In this document: positions 26,121 to 39,260 of the stretch, one piece after another | How positions within the stretch are numbered: the first letter of the stretch is position 1 | Layout: every line of letters starts with the position of its first letter | Source: Lama guanicoe | Taxonomy: Eukaryota | Direction of reading: 5' to 3' | DNA length: 64,000 bases | Assembly (NCBI GenBank): GCA_013239625.1 | Contig: MU054220.1 | Coordinates: forward strand, 1-64,000 | The notes under the pieces: generated by a model | What the model was told of the DNA's origin: nothing | Seen by the model: only the letters and a program-made list of their open reading frames with translations | Databases searched by the model: none | Position numbers and translations under genes: made by a program

Positions 26121-27071
26121 ATGGCTGAAGTTAATGTCACTCATGTCACTGAATTCATTCTCAACGGGATTACAGACCGGCCAGAGCTTCAGGCCCCATG
26201 CTTTGTGGTGTTTTTAGTCATCTACCTGGTCACAGTGCTGGGCAACGTTGGACTGATTTCCTTGATCAGGATGGATGCTCGGCTCCACACACCGATGTAC
26301 TACTTCCTCAGTCACTTAGCCTTTGTTGACCTTTGTTACTCCTCTGCTATCACGCCGAAGATGATGGTGAATTTTGTTGTGGAACACAACACGATTTCTT
26401 TCCACGCTTGTGCAATACAACTGTGCTGTTTTCTCACCTTCATGATCACAGAGTGTTTCCTTTTAGCCTCCATGGCCTATGATCGCTATGTGGCCATCTG
26501 CAGACCCCTGCATTACTCCACACTGATGTCAAAGAGGGTCTGCAGTCAACTAGTGGCGGTTCCATACGTATACAGCTTTCTGGTCACCCTCTTCCACACC
26601 ATTATCACCTTCCGCCTAACTTACTGTGGCCCCAATGTTATTAACCATTTCTACTGTGATGACCTCCCTCTCTTGGCTCTGTCCTGCTCAGACACACACG
26701 TGAAGGAAGTTCTGATCTTTGCTTTTGCTGGTTTTGATATGATCTGCTCCTCTTCCATTGTCCTCACCTCCTACATCTTTATCACTACCGCCATCCTGAA
26801 GATTCACTCTACCCAGGGGCGACACAAGGCCATTTCTACCTGTGGCTCCCACATGGTGGCTGTCACTCTTTTTTACGGCACGCTGATCTTCATGTACCTA
26901 CAGCCCCAATCCAGCCACTCCCTGGACACAGACAAAATGGCGTCCGTGTTCTACACAGTGGTGATCCCCATGCTGAACCCCCTAATCTACAGCCTCAGAA
27001 ACAAAGAAGTGAAAGATGCCTCCAAGAAAGCCTTGGAGAAAGGTTGTGAAACTGTGAAGATGTTAAAATAA
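26121..27071 (+). CDS. OR5R1: Olfactory receptor OR5R1 (OR8U3)-like, intact, 316 aa
   Basis: Full ORF with sequon NVT and motifs [25 protein letters not shown] and [17 protein letters not shown]...PELQAPCF and KDASKKAL match recalled human OR5R1. Acceptor TTCTTCATCTCATAG ends at 26093. Confidence 0.92.
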   Translation: MAEVNVTHVTEFILNGITDRPELQAPCFVVFLVIYLVTVLGNVGLISLIRMDARLHTPMYYFLSHLAFVDLCYSSAITPKMMVNFVVEHNTISFHACAIQLCCFLTFMITECFLLASMAYDRYVAICRPLHYSTLMSKRVCSQLVAVPYVYSFLVTLFHTIITFRLTYCGPNVINHFYCDDLPLLALSCSDTHVKEVLIFAFAGFDMICSSSIVLTSYIFITTAILKIHSTQGRHKAISTCGSHMVAVTLFYGTLIFMYLQPQSSHSLDTDKMASVFYTVVIPMLNPLIYSLRNKEVKDASKKALEKGCETVKMLK

Positions 27072-27349
27072 AGAAAATAATAGTAATAATAGTTTATTAA
27101 ATACAAGAAGGTAAATGAATCAAGCTTTCTCTTTCTGACATTTCTTATAATTCTTTCCCAGTCAAATGGAAATGTGGGTTTGATAGGTTCTACCAGGTCC
27201 CTGGTCAATTCTGGAAAGTCAGTTTGATTCCAAGTCCTGTTCAGGCCACCATAGCCTTTAGAGACCAGTGAAATTATGTTCAAATAGAAACACAAACATG
27301 GTCTCAAATATACATACATGTATCCAAAGCAAGGGCATCACTGTGTTTT

Positions 27350-27583
27350 TGTTAGAACTCAGGACTCTGGAACCAAGACCGCCTAAATTTGAATTCTATC
27401 TTCTTCCTTTTTTGACGGTGCAGCTTTGGGCAATGAACCTGAACTCTGTGTGACTCTCTTTCCATTTTTGGAAAATAAGTAAGACCCAACTTATTGTTTG
27501 GTTTTAAAGACTAAACAGATTAATATTTATAAAACACTTATAGCAATATCCTGTGATAATAAGTGCTATGTAATTGTTTGCTA
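27350..27583 (+). mobile_element. MIR SINE
   Basis: GGACTCTGGAACCAAGAC...TTTGAATTC...TTGGGCAA...AAGTGCTATGTAATTGTTTGCTA. Confidence 0.6.
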
Positions 27584-29189
27584 TATAAGTGTTTGTTATA
27601 TATAATTAAAAAATAATACATTGAGCTCTCAAAAATTTACGTCTTTAAGTAAGAAGGAAAAGCCTGATTAGGTTTCTACTACCTGCCGGGCACTTAATCA
27701 CGTAGTGTTACTTGCAATAAAACAAACCTCAGAGTTGGGTAAGATTTCACCTCTGGGCTTCAACTTTTCATAAATTGTGTAAGGTCACATAATTAGTAAT
27801 ATGAAAATTCTAAATGCAAATGCAAGTCTTTCTGAATTTTGTTTTCTTAACCACTATGAGTATTATAGATTATCTGGACTTAAAAATGTCATTGGATTTT
27901 TTAAAATATAAGTGGAAGAACATGGTTTATAAGAAACTGTGTTTTAAAATAAATAATTGATGCATTTGCATATTTGTTCAAATAGGAATAACCTTTGTTT
28001 GTCATGTCATTTATTCAATCACCCTTGTAGGATCATGATATGAAAATATTAGTGATTTGACATGCTCTAATTATTTTGACATTTCATAAAAAATAGTTAA
28101 ATTAGTGATTTAGTATTATCTTCTTATTTTACCATTTTAGAAGGAGATGCTGACAGTTACAGTCGCTATATAAAACGCTGTTTGAGGTTTGCAGTACAAG
28201 GGGGTTGTTTCCTCTTCTGAGATTAATTTGTAAATAACTCATTTATGCTGCCATGAGGTGCTTTTCAAATCTTGTGAACTGAATGAATTCTCAACTTTTT
28301 AAAGCAGGTTTGACAGAGAAGCATGGTGCTTCTGTTTACCACATGTGTCTTGTGAGTGTATATTTGTATAGACAGGTGTCCCCACACATCCTCTCACATA
28401 TCACGTATGGGGCCCACAGGCGCAGCATAGCCAGTCTCTCTTACAGGCAAAGGAGTTCAGACCTATAGAATCTTAATGCCTCACTGAGGAACACCACTTT
28501 TCTGGACTTTCATTTTATCTTTTTCCTTCATAATATTTATAACAACAATGCTTAAACACTAATTGGATCGAAGTTTCCACGTCTTTACACAATTTTCAAA
28601 GCTAAGAAAAAAAGGGTGATTCACAAGATGTCATCCAAAAACTAGGTTTAAATTAATCTTTTAATTAGAAAATAATTTGAAAGATATGTGAGCCTGAATC
28701 TGGCACAACAAATGGGTCCTTCATGTTGTACTGGACGCTGGAGAAGAAAGTAAAGGGAAAAGGTGATCACGTTTGGGGCAGAGTTTCTCCACCTTCGTCA
28801 TCTCTTCACTTACTTTGTTAAAACTGAGATTTAACAAAATTAAACTCAAATCTTGTGGTTTTTTTTTCTAGTTTTTAGCTACATGTTCATTAATAAATTA
28901 CATAAACTGTTTTGGATCTCTTTATTTTTAAAATATCTATCTCAGTAGGTTGTTATAAAAATTAACTGAGACTGTCCATTTAAAGCATTTCATTCAGCAC
29001 CAGACACACAGAAAGACATTCAATAGATGGCAGCTTTATTTTTACTTTGAAAACTTTGAAACTAAATAAATGCATAATTTATTAATGCAATTTTTACTAA
29101 ATGTAACAAAAGCAGCTTAATTTTGTTTTCAAGAAAAAAATGCTTATTTTAATAGCAGAAAGGAAGGACTCAAAAATTCAGTTTAAAAT

Positions 29190-29410
29190 ATGATAAACAA
29201 CAAGTTTATACTGTATAACACAGGGAGCTATATTCAATATCTTGTAGTAACTTATGGTGAAAAAGAATATAAAAACAAATATGTGTATGCTCATGTATGA
29301 CTGAAGCATTGTGCTGTACACCAGAAATTGACACAACATTGTAAAACTGACTATACTTCAATAAAAATACATTAAAAATATGTTTATAAACACACAAAAA
29401 GAAATTAAAA
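29190..29410 (+). mobile_element. Short 5'-truncated L1 3' end (cetartiodactyl type)
   Basis: ACTGTATAACACAGGGAGCTATATTCAATATCTTGTAGTAAC...GCTGTACACCAGAAATTGACACAACATTGTAAAACTGACTATACTTCAATAAAAA; homologous to the end of the L1 at 32470-32640. Confidence 0.85.
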
Positions 29411-30437
29411 AGAATTAAATTGCTTTAAAGACTACAATAAAATAACTTGTTAGCTTTTATATTTTCATTTTGTTGATTCTAAAATAAAGCATATAATGTT
29501 GTCAACTGTTTCTGAAAAAAAAAAAATACTACCTGAAACCAAATAAAAGAGATCATTGACACAATAGCAATGCTATAAATAATTAACGTTGCTCATTAGG
29601 TGTGAGTCACCATATACGAAGTGCTTGCCCTTTGCTAGCAGCTGTGTGATGCCTTTTCTATTTGTAAGCTTATTGAACCTTCACAATTAGTCCAAGACAA
29701 AGGGAATTATTACATCCTTCTGCTGATGAAAAAACTAAGAAACAGAACTGTGAACTAATTTACCCAAGATAACAGCTATTACTTGGAAAAGATAAAATTG
29801 CTAGCCAGACTGTGTGAATGAAGATCCACGTTCCTAATCACACACTTACATAGACCAGGCGATGAATTAAAATGGTGTGAAATGGCTCCAATGAACTAAA
29901 CTGACACAGCGTTAAGTGTCACCGAGTGTTCAATGTCAGGCTGCCCTTGTAGCTGAGTTGCAGGAAGCGGAGTGCTAGGAAGATTGTCTAGAGTGTTAAA
30001 ACCAAATATCCCTGCTCTTAAGCTTCAACATACTTTCAAGATTGTCTGTGCAGCACGCTTGAAACATAAGATGCCAGATGTTGATTTACCATTTCAGTAC
30101 AACGCAGATTTCTCAATAGATGACACAGAATTCAGATAAAGCCTCTCTTTTCCAATACTGCTTCTTTAATGAGGAAGAGGGTGTTGTGGTCAAACAGGAT
30201 TAAGATCTCTCTCTGTCTCTCTTTCTTTTTTTTCTCTCCCCTTTTATAATTCAGTAACTCATAATTTACAAAATGTGTTTCATGTGGAAATCACTAAGAA
30301 TGAAACAGTGGGTGAGACATATTCTGAATGGATCTGAGCCCTGGAAATGAGGAAGTTGGTTTATTTATCAGCATGGTGACTCTAAATGAGCCACAATTCC
30401 AAGTCTTCTGATGCCTTTCTGTCCAATGATTTTTCAG

Positions 30438-31379
30438 TTACTTGACAGCCAAACACAACTTCTCTGTAATTCTTTTCAGTGCACTTTTTACTTCCTGATT
30501 CCTCAAGCTATAGATCAATGGGTTTAACATGGGAATCCCCACCACATAAAACACCGAAGCAAACTTGTCTGTGTTCAGAGAATGGCTTGACTTGGGCAGT
30601 AGGTACATAACAATGATGGTCCCATAAAATATGGTGATGGAGGTCAGGTGGGAAGCACAGGTGGAAAAGGCTTTCTGTCTTCCTTCAGCGGGATGGATCC
30701 TCAGGATGGCAAGGAGGATGAAGTCATAGGAAACAATCACGACCAGTAGAGAGCACAGCGTATTGAACCCAGCGATGACTAACAACATCAGCTCTTTGAC
30801 CTGAGTGTCAGAACAGGCCAGCGCAACCAAGGGCACGTCATCACAGTAGAAGTGGTTGACCATATTGGAGCCACAAAAAGACAACTGGAATGTCGCCACT
30901 GTCTGTACGAGACCCACACTGAACCCATAAACATACGTGCTAGCGATGATTCGTTTACAGAGTTTTTTAGGCCTGAGAATGACGTAGAGTAAAGGGCTGC
31001 AGATGGCCACATACCTATCATATGCCATGACTGAGAGCAAATACTGCCCACAAACTACAAATGTGATGAAGCAGCACACCTGAAGGGCACATGCATAAAA
31101 TGTTATGCTTGTAACATCACGTAGGAAATTCACCAAGGTGTTGGGGGTGACAGAGGATGTAAAAGAAAAATCAACAAAAGCCAGATGGCTGAGAAAAAAA
31201 TACATGGGTGTGTGAAGCTGAGGACTGACTTGTATTAGCACAATCAAACCAAGATTACCCACGACACTAGCTAAATAGATTACCAGGAATACACCAAAGA
31301 AAATGGCTTGAAGCTCTGGATTATCTGTGAGTCCCAAGAGGATAAAGTCAGACACTGCTGAATAATTGCCTTTTGCCAT
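30438..31379 (-). CDS. OR5AL1: Olfactory receptor OR5AL1-like, intact ORF of 313 aa with several atypical substitutions
   Basis: MAKGNYS...LHTPMYFFL...[10 protein letters not shown]...KAFSTCASH...[13 protein letters not shown]-terminus EKLCLAVK matches recalled human OR5AL1. Confidence 0.85.
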   Translation of the reverse strand: MAKGNYSAVSDFILLGLTDNPELQAIFFGVFLVIYLASVVGNLGLIVLIQVSPQLHTPMYFFLSHLAFVDFSFTSSVTPNTLVNFLRDVTSITFYACALQVCCFITFVVCGQYLLSVMAYDRYVAICSPLLYVILRPKKLCKRIIASTYVYGFSVGLVQTVATFQLSFCGSNMVNHFYCDDVPLVALACSDTQVKELMLLVIAGFNTLCSLLVVIVSYDFILLAILRIHPAEGRQKAFSTCASHLTSITIFYGTIIVMYLLPKSSHSLNTDKFASVFYVVGIPMLNPLIYSLRNQEVKSALKRITEKLCLAVK

Positions 31380-31540
31380 GGTACAGATTTTCAGATATTT
31401 TTACAATAAAACCCCCCAGAGCACACATTCTGAGTATTCCTGTCTCCCTTGGCAATAATCAAGCAGATATTAGAAGCTGGTTCTGACCCACCATGATCTT
31501 ATGATGAATGTGTCCAGGGGAGAATCTTCACGTTAGCTCT

Positions 31541-32640
31541 GGCAATGGAAATAAAAGCGAAAATAAACCAGTGGGACCTAATTAAACTTAGAAGCTTTTG
31601 CACAGCAAAAAAAACCATAAGCAAAAAGAAAAGACAATATTTGCAAAGAATGTGACTGACAAGGGCTAACTTCCAGAATGTAAAAACAGCTCATACAACA
31701 ACAATAAAGCAAACAACCCAATCAGAAAATGGGCAGAAGACCTAAACAGACATTTCTGCAATGAAGACATATAGATGGCTAATAGGCCTGTGAAAAGATG
31801 CTCAATATCTTTAATTATCAGAGAAATGCAAAACAAAACTATAATAAGGTATCACCTCACATCTGTCAGAATGGCCATCATTACAGTGTCTGCAAATGAT
31901 AAATGTTGGAGAGACTGTGGACACTGTTGGTGGGAATGTAGATTGGTGCAGCCACTATGGAAAACAGTATGGAGATTTCTTAAAAAACTAAAAATAGACT
32001 TACAGTATGATCCAGCGATCCCATCCCTGGGCATATATCCAGAGAAAACTCAAATTCAAAGGTATATATGCACCCCAGTGTTCATAGCAGCATTATTTAC
32101 AAGGGCCAAGTCAAGACATGGAAGCAAACTAAATGTCCATTGACAGACGACTGGATAAAGAAAATGTGGTATATGTATGTACAATGGAATACTACTCAGC
32201 CATTAAAAAGAATGAAATAATGTCATTCAAAACAACATGGATGGACCTAGAGATTATCATATTAAATGAAGTAAGTCAGAGAAAGACAAATACCATATGA
32301 TACAACTTACATGTGGAATCTTAAAAAATAAGGCAAATGAACTTATTTACAAAACAGAGACAGACTCATAGACATAGAAAACAAACTTGCAGTTATGGGG
32401 AAGGGAAGGAGAGTGGGGAGATAAATTAGGAGTTTGGGGTTAGAAGATACTAACTACTATGTATAAAACAGATAAAACAAAGTCCTACTGTATAGCACAG
32501 GGAAATATTCAAAATCTTGTAATAAACTATGATGGAAAAGAATCTGAAAAGTAACATATATATATATGACTGAATCACTATGGTGCACAACAGAAATTAA
32601 CACAGTATTGTAAATCAACTACACTTCATTTAAAAAAAAA
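31541..32640 (+). mobile_element. 5'-truncated L1 (ORF2 C-terminus, 3' UTR, poly-A)
   Basis: ORF track 31775-32143 gives L1 ORF2 C-terminal peptide ([35 protein letters not shown]); ends TTCATTTAAAAAAAAA; small internal deletions. Confidence 0.93.
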
Positions 32641-32687
32641 TGACAATATGTCTTCTTAGATTCTTGACCTTGGGATCAGAGAACCTG

Positions 32688-32850
32688 CCATCATTCCACT
32701 TGCAAGTCCCACTCCATGGCTCTATTTGAACAAAATGATTTAAATGGCAATAGATCAAATGCTAAATATCTAAAATTAATTTTTTTAATGACCATAATTT
32801 TCTGCCCTTTCTTTCACCTCATTTATAACACTTCAACTTTTTATGTATCT
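32688..32850 (+). repeat. ~165-bp diverged direct repeat, copy A (copy B at 37022-37190)
   Basis: CCATCATTCCACTTGCAAGTCCCACTCCATGGCTCTATTT...CAAATGCTAAATATCTAAAATTAA...CAACTTTTTATGTAT versus CCACCATTCCTCTTGCACTTCCCACTCCCATGGCTCCATTT...CAAATGCTAAATATCCAAAATTAA...CAACTTTTCGTGTAT. Confidence 0.85.
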
Positions 32851-32853
32851 ACT

Positions 32854-35800
32854 CACTGCACTGGTATAGTTAAGTAAAACTGGTTGGTATTTTAAGCAAA
32901 ATAACACAAAATAATTTTGGTAGAGGATACATATACTTATGATTATACTGTATGCTAGACCAGCACTTTAAATTAATGATGTCTCTTCCTACACTATATG
33001 AATATATACATAATGAGTGTCTTTTCCCAATATATTTATTAATTACAAAGGAGAAAAATTAATTAAATATGAAAAGACTAGCTAACAATAAGGTGTCCAT
33101 CAGACTGATCAAATTAAATGATAGATGATACCCACTGTTGGTAAAGGCATGGGAACGTGACGTAGGCTTACATGTCCAATAGAGGCATAATTGTCGTCAT
33201 CTTTCTGGAGGGTAGTGTAAGAGTAAGCGTCAAAACTGTTTAAAATAGTCCTGCCCCTTGACATAATGACTTCAACTCTAGGAACTTAGGAAAGTCATGA
33301 AAAGTATGAAAGTGTCTGAATTGTTCTGGTTTTACTTGCTCCAAAACAGGAAGTTGTCTAGGTATATTCTAATAATTGTTTAGATCTTACACGGCTCTCC
33401 AGTAAGTTAGTAAATGGCAACTTTAAAAGCTGAAGTAGGTCTACATTTATTGATATTGAAAAACGTTCATGATATAATCAAGTTAAAAAAGCAGCATGCT
33501 AAACAGGTTATACAGTGTTAAATAATTCCTGTATATTCACATCACATGTAATGACCTAGAGACATGCATGCAAACAGAAAAATGCTCACATTGTATGTGT
33601 CAAATGATACCAGTTGTTCTGTCTATAAGGTGATTCTGTGGTCCTTCCTTCCTTCCTTTTCTTCTTAATCATTCTTCACAGTCTGTGCTGTACTCTGTCA
33701 ACACACTTGATTGTCAGTGTCACATGTATATTTCTGTCTTGCATTCCATGTGTATGAATATTGACAATTTAAGTTTTCATATTGTTATTGCTATAAGTTG
33801 TGCTTATCTGGTGCCTGTATGGATGTTTGAAGTATTCTGAATTATTTACCACTAAAATGCACTTCATAATCTCATCTTTTGGGGGGAAATGTCTCAATGT
33901 GATATGTTTCTTAGGTAGATTCATAGGTTAAGAAATTTGAACTACTTCGGTAATTGAAAGCTGTCATCCTCAAAAAGGACAAAATCAATTTACAAAATCA
34001 TTACATTTCAGGTGAAAATCATGACAATTTTTTCTTTTATATTCATAGTTCTGTAGCATATCTTCAGTTTTCACCTGAAATTCTTAAATTTTACTGTAGA
34101 TAGTTTTCTAAATGTTCATCATATTCAAATAAGGAGTAGGAAATCTGGAAACTATTAATTCAAAAATCTTTTACTCTTAAATGTTTTTTATCCATTGTCT
34201 TTTTTGATCTTATGACAATAAAATTAGCAGTTGCTATTATTTTCACCTTCTTACTGATGAAGAAACTAAGGTATACACAAGTGAAAAAATTGCCAGAGAT
34301 CTTTTTTTGACCCGGGAAATGTCAGACCCAGCAGGATTTTAGATGCCAAGCAATCTAGGCCCTTTCCCAGAAGAGCTGTGACGCAGTGACTGCTCCAGCC
34401 TGCCAAGATGGGAGGTCAGGGACAGTAATGGCAGGCGTCCGGTATCTAGAGGACAGACTCAAAACCTGCTGCAGCAGCTTTGGGAGAAAACTGGGAGCCA
34501 CTGAAATGGTCCAATAGTAGGCAAATGTGTTTAAATAAACAATGAAAAAATTAATGTTTGAGAAATGTGGATTAAGCTAGCCCTGTGTTCTGTGAGCAAT
34601 GAAAATATAGATTAAATCTCCCCTCTCTAGCTGTTAGTAGCAGCTTTCTAGTCTTTGTCATTAAGCATTCAAATGGCATGTATATATTAATACACATATG
34701 TATTAAAATGATATGCATGAGTTGCAAACTCAAAACCATTTTCTGTGTAATTGAAAATTATAAAATTATTACATTTATTCGAAATGCATACATGCGCATC
34801 TCTATCTCTGTCTCTCCATCTGTGTGTCTACCTGTCCATATCACAGTTATCAGTTGAGTAGGGTAACCCCCATGTATAAATTGCTCCCTCAAGTTTATTA
34901 GTAGAGTTGGGACAAGAACTCAGGTCTTTAGACTCAGAGAAGGAAGGGAGATGACAGGCATGCACCTGCCATTTATTATTACCTTTTGTATGTTGTTTAA
35001 GAGTTTAAAAGTCTCCAAGTTTTGTAAAATTGTCCTTATTTAATTGGTAACTAACCTGGTGAGAGCCCACACATAATACAGCGCCATCCTCGGACTACAA
35101 GGCGTACGTTCTTCTCCCAAGGATGCATTGCCTAATGGGTTCATTGTGTTCTAAGAAGCTATTCCTTACCCAGTAATGACCAACTTACCCAAGATCTGCC
35201 CAGTATAACTGCATATAATCCCTGCTACTGGCAAAATGGTCTATGATGTTTCAATTATTTTGAGTGTGTTTATTTAGAATGTATGATGCCTCTGGGATTC
35301 TATCTTGAATTACATTGAATTACATTATTATTATTATTAATTTTTAGACAGTTAGAAAAAATATAATGACGTCTCATAGGCTTAAAAAAAAAGCAGTTCA
35401 TTTGAGAATTAGTCTTTAGAGACCAAACTAGACTTCAGGTCATGTTAAAACAGTGACATTGAAAAAGTTAGGATACAATACTGTTCTCTTGAATAAAGAG
35501 AATTTGTTAAATATATCAATATGGAACAGTTTTATATTGTCATATTTTCTGAAGAAACTAGCAAATCAGGAAAAATTATTTGTGCTATCCATCTTTTGTT
35601 TTCATATGGGATATTGTTAATAAAGCTGGAGACTTCTGAACTGGGGATGTTGGACGGGTGGAGAAGCTGAACTTTTGTCCTATACTGGTTATATAAATAG
35701 ATAATAGCTTTCATACAATTCTTCATTTGAGAAACAGGAAATCTGGAATAAATTCTTATGGAGCAGCTAATTAATTATTTTTAATGCATTTTCATTTGAA

Positions 35801-37019
35801 AAGTAAGAGAATGGACATAACTTCTTATGTTTACTCTTATGTCTGAAATCTCATTCTAAGTAAAAATCTTTAGAGAATTTTATTGTACATTGAACAGATA
35901 TGTAGAAATCACATATGAGGAACAGGCATTCTAATATTTTTAAGAGAAAAAAGTGAAGAAAATTTCATTTTTATTTATTCAAGTCACTTTCTTAACTTCG
36001 TGAACATAAAAACCTGGTTTCTATTAATGATCGCTTTTTTCAAGGCATCCTTCACCTCCTTGTTCCTGAGGCTGTAGATTAAAGGGTTCAACATGGGAAT
36101 GATCACTGTGTAGAAGACAGAGGCCATCTTGTCTGTGTCCAGGGAATGGTGAGAGCTTGGCTGTAAGTACATGAAGATGAGGGACCCGTAGAATATGGTG
36201 ACTACCAGCATGTGGGAGCTACACGTGGAGAAAGCCTTGCGTCTCCCCTCAGCTGAGTGCATCCCCAGGATGGCAGAGATGATGTACACGTAGGAGACAA
36301 AGACAACCAGGAGGGAAGAAATGAACATGATACCAGCACAGACAAAGATCCACAGCTGCTTGGTGTGAGTGTCTGAGCACGTCAGCCTGAGGAGAGGCAT
36401 GTCATCACAGTAGAAATGGTTAAGGATGTTGGAGTGGCAATAGGAGAGGCGAAAGGTGAGGAGGGTATGGAACAGGGCGACCAGGAAGCTGTAGCTGTAG
36501 GGGGCAGCCACAAGCTGGATGCAGATTCTTGGGGACATCACAGCCATATAGAGGAGAGGTTTACAAATGGCCACATAGCGGTCATAGGCCATGGAAGCTA
36601 GGAGCAAACACTCAGCTGTCAGGCAAGCCAGGAAACAGCCTAACTGAGCCGCACACGCGTTGAAGGAGATCACATTCTGTTGGTACAAGAAGTTCCCCAG
36701 CATCTTGGGTGTGATGACAGAAGCATAACAGAAATCAACAAAGGCCAGGTTGCTAAGAAAGAAGTACATTGGTGTGTGGAGTCTCGCATCCGTTCTAATG
36801 ACCAGGATCAGACCCAGGTTGCCTACTACTGTGAAGAGGTAGACGGAGAAGAAGAGCACAAAGAGGGGCATCTTCAACTCCTGACGGTCCGTGAGGCCGA
36901 CGAGAATGAACTCTGTCACCTGCGTGCAGTTGATCTGGGTCATTTGTCTTCAGTATGTCTGCATGAATGAAGAGAGAATTAAAGCAGCTGAATTAAATTG
37001 AATTTTAATTTTAATATCC
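32854..37019 (+). repeat. Segmental duplication copy 1 (~4.2 kb, contains an OR8U9-like CDS); paralog at 54611-58867
   Basis: Colinear match from CACTGCACTGGTATAGTTAAG / CACTACACTGGTGGAGTTAAA to TAATATCC, same orientation. Confidence 0.95.
35984..36943 (-). CDS. OR8U9: Olfactory receptor OR8U9-like, intact, 319 aa (copy 1)
   Basis: [28 protein letters not shown] matches recalled human OR8U9 (OR8U1/8/9 group); all OR motifs present; acceptor TCTCTCTTCATTCATGCAG with AG at 36960-36959. Confidence 0.88.
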   Translation of the reverse strand: MTQINCTQVTEFILVGLTDRQELKMPLFVLFFSVYLFTVVGNLGLILVIRTDARLHTPMYFFLSNLAFVDFCYASVITPKMLGNFLYQQNVISFNACAAQLGCFLACLTAECLLLASMAYDRYVAICKPLLYMAVMSPRICIQLVAAPYSYSFLVALFHTLLTFRLSYCHSNILNHFYCDDMPLLRLTCSDTHTKQLWIFVCAGIMFISSLLVVFVSYVYIISAILGMHSAEGRRKAFSTCSSHMLVVTIFYGSLIFMYLQPSSHHSLDTDKMASVFYTVIIPMLNPLIYSLRNKEVKDALKKAIINRNQVFMFTKLRK

Positions 37020-37021
37020 CA

Positions 37022-37190
37022 CCACCATTCCTCTTGCACTTCCCACTCCCATGGCTCCATTTTAAAAATTGTTTTATGTGGCAGTTGACCAAATGCTAAA
37101 TATCCAAAATTAAGACATTTTTTCCTTATGATCACAGCTTTCTGCTCTTTCTTTTACTGCAGATATGACACTACAACTTTTCGTGTATAT
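37022..37190 (+). repeat. ~165-bp diverged direct repeat, copy B
   Basis: Paralogous to 32688-32850; starts immediately where the duplication match ends. Confidence 0.85.
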
Positions 37191-37889
37191 CCTTAGATCA
37201 CTGTGCCTTCATCCCCACTAACTGTACTTTATCTTTGTCACCTCCTTTATTCAATGCTTACCGTACACAGCATGAACTCTGATTTGTTACTACAGCTCCT
37301 CTTTGCAACATCCAAATTGTCTTGTCCTATTTCCTGCCAGATATAACAAAATCTGAAGATTTTGAAATTTTCTTCTCTTCTCAGTTGTTTCTGAACTACC
37401 GTGAACCCTATCTAGGCAAAAGTGATTTACTACAAACTTAGCACATTCAAAATCATGTAGTCACTTTCTTGAGCTGCTTTATCCCAAATCAGCGTTTTGT
37501 GTCCCAGTCTCAATGTAGCTATTTCAGACCCTTTGGATTCCTTCATGCTTCCACACACCACCCCCCATACTCTCTGTAGTTGCTAACAATTCCAACATCA
37601 GAGGGAGATCTAAAAATATGTAATAATTTCTCAACTTCTTGTCATCAGTTGCACAAAACTACTGGCTTCCACATCTTATCTTTTTTTTTTCCTATTCTAC
37701 ATCTGTTCCACTTTTTTTTTTTGTAATGGTGTTCTCTTTCTAAAATCTAAAGCTATATTTTGGTTCTCCAACTCTTTTGTATCCCATATTTTCTTCCTCT
37801 ACTAATTTATTTAATCTTTCTCATCAACCTAAAAGCAAGACATACACAAAAAGCATCACCAGCGACCTCAGACTTATATTCTTTGACTT

Positions 37890-39260
37890 CTATCCATTAA
37901 TCTCCATTCTTTTCTTTACCCCTTCACTACTAACCATCCTGGAAAGTCATTGATTTCACCTTCAGCATTTATATCTCAGTCTATAGAATTCTGACATTTG
38001 TTCTCAGCATAATTGATGTTAAGTTACTTATTCCACGTTCCCCAACAATCTTCTTCTTCCAAAGGCAATGAAGATGTCCTTCTTGACATCTCTGTAGCAC
38101 TAGACACCACCGACATCAGCTTTCATCAGGAAAACCATTGTTTGTTGGTTTCCAAGTCACCAGAATCTCTGGATGCTCCCATATTTCTGCCCACTTTTAC
38201 TTGCCTTGGTGGCTCTGCTTCCCGCGTTTATACTTTAAATAATCTATTACTTTGCAATTATCCCCTGAACCAAATTCATGCTATTTTTGCACATTCTTGT
38301 TGGGAGCTCTCATCTAATGCAATGGGGACAAATGTCATTTATGTGCTAGCGATGCAAAAGTCTGCATTTCTAGGCCAGATTTCTCCTCTGAACTCCAAGT
38401 ACATATTCAAGAGATTCCCAGACAACTTCATTTAGATCTTCCCAAGGTTCCTAAAGTTAACATGCTCAAAAGGGATTTCAATAATTCAAAAACCACCCTC
38501 TCCTACTCAGATACCTTGCAGTGTATCTTTTCTAACTCAGTGAATGGTGTTGTTTTCCAACAGGTTATCCAGGTAAGAAGCCAAGAAAACGCACTTACTA
38601 TATCCCACTAATTTCTACTAATATACAACTAATTATTGAACCGAACAAATTATTTAGCCTTTTTTTTTTCAAATCTATTTCTAGTTTAGGCCTCTATCAC
38701 AACCTTCTGGATTATTGTCCACTAACACTTATCTTATCCACCAATCTGGCCACCCTTTCTGTGCACGTTGCACCTTGAGTGTAATTCCTAACATGCTAAT
38801 CTTAGCTTGTTACTTCCCACTGACCTTAGGATGGAGTCCAGACTTCTGAATGTGGCTAACCCTTCCTTGCAGGCTAGTCTCACCTCTTGTGATGTTTTCG
38901 GGTAATCTCCATGCTCCAGCCATTATGCGTACTATTAGTTTGTCAGATGTGATGACAGGTTTTGCACCTAGTTGAAGCAGAATACTTCTCTTTTTAGCTT
39001 CACTTCTCTAGTTGGCTACTGTCTTTTTATTAACCTTTAGATCTCAGGTGAAGTTTTGCTTCCTCCTAGAGGTGTTTCATTATTTTTCAAGTGTTACATC
39101 CAACAATTCAGTTACCAGTTAATTTGTTTGGAACCTACTCTAATTTCAAATGCCTGATAAACAAAGATAGTTATTTTCCATTCCCCACCACTCCATTACC
39201 TAGTAGGACTCAGTAATTAGTAGAAGCTCCAAATACACTAATAGTATAATGGGACAAATA
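37890..39260. mobile_element. Degraded L2 LINE fragment
   Basis: Pyrimidine-rich, with CTTGACATCTCTGTAGCACTAGACAC, TTTCTCCTCTGAACTCCA and CTCCAGCCA, typical of L2 3' regions; boundaries approximate. Confidence 0.6.

Noticed and set aside
36416..36970. Antisense ORFs repeated at 58264-58872 and similar ones over other ORs
   Set aside because: By-products of the OR reading frame on the opposite strand and of the duplication
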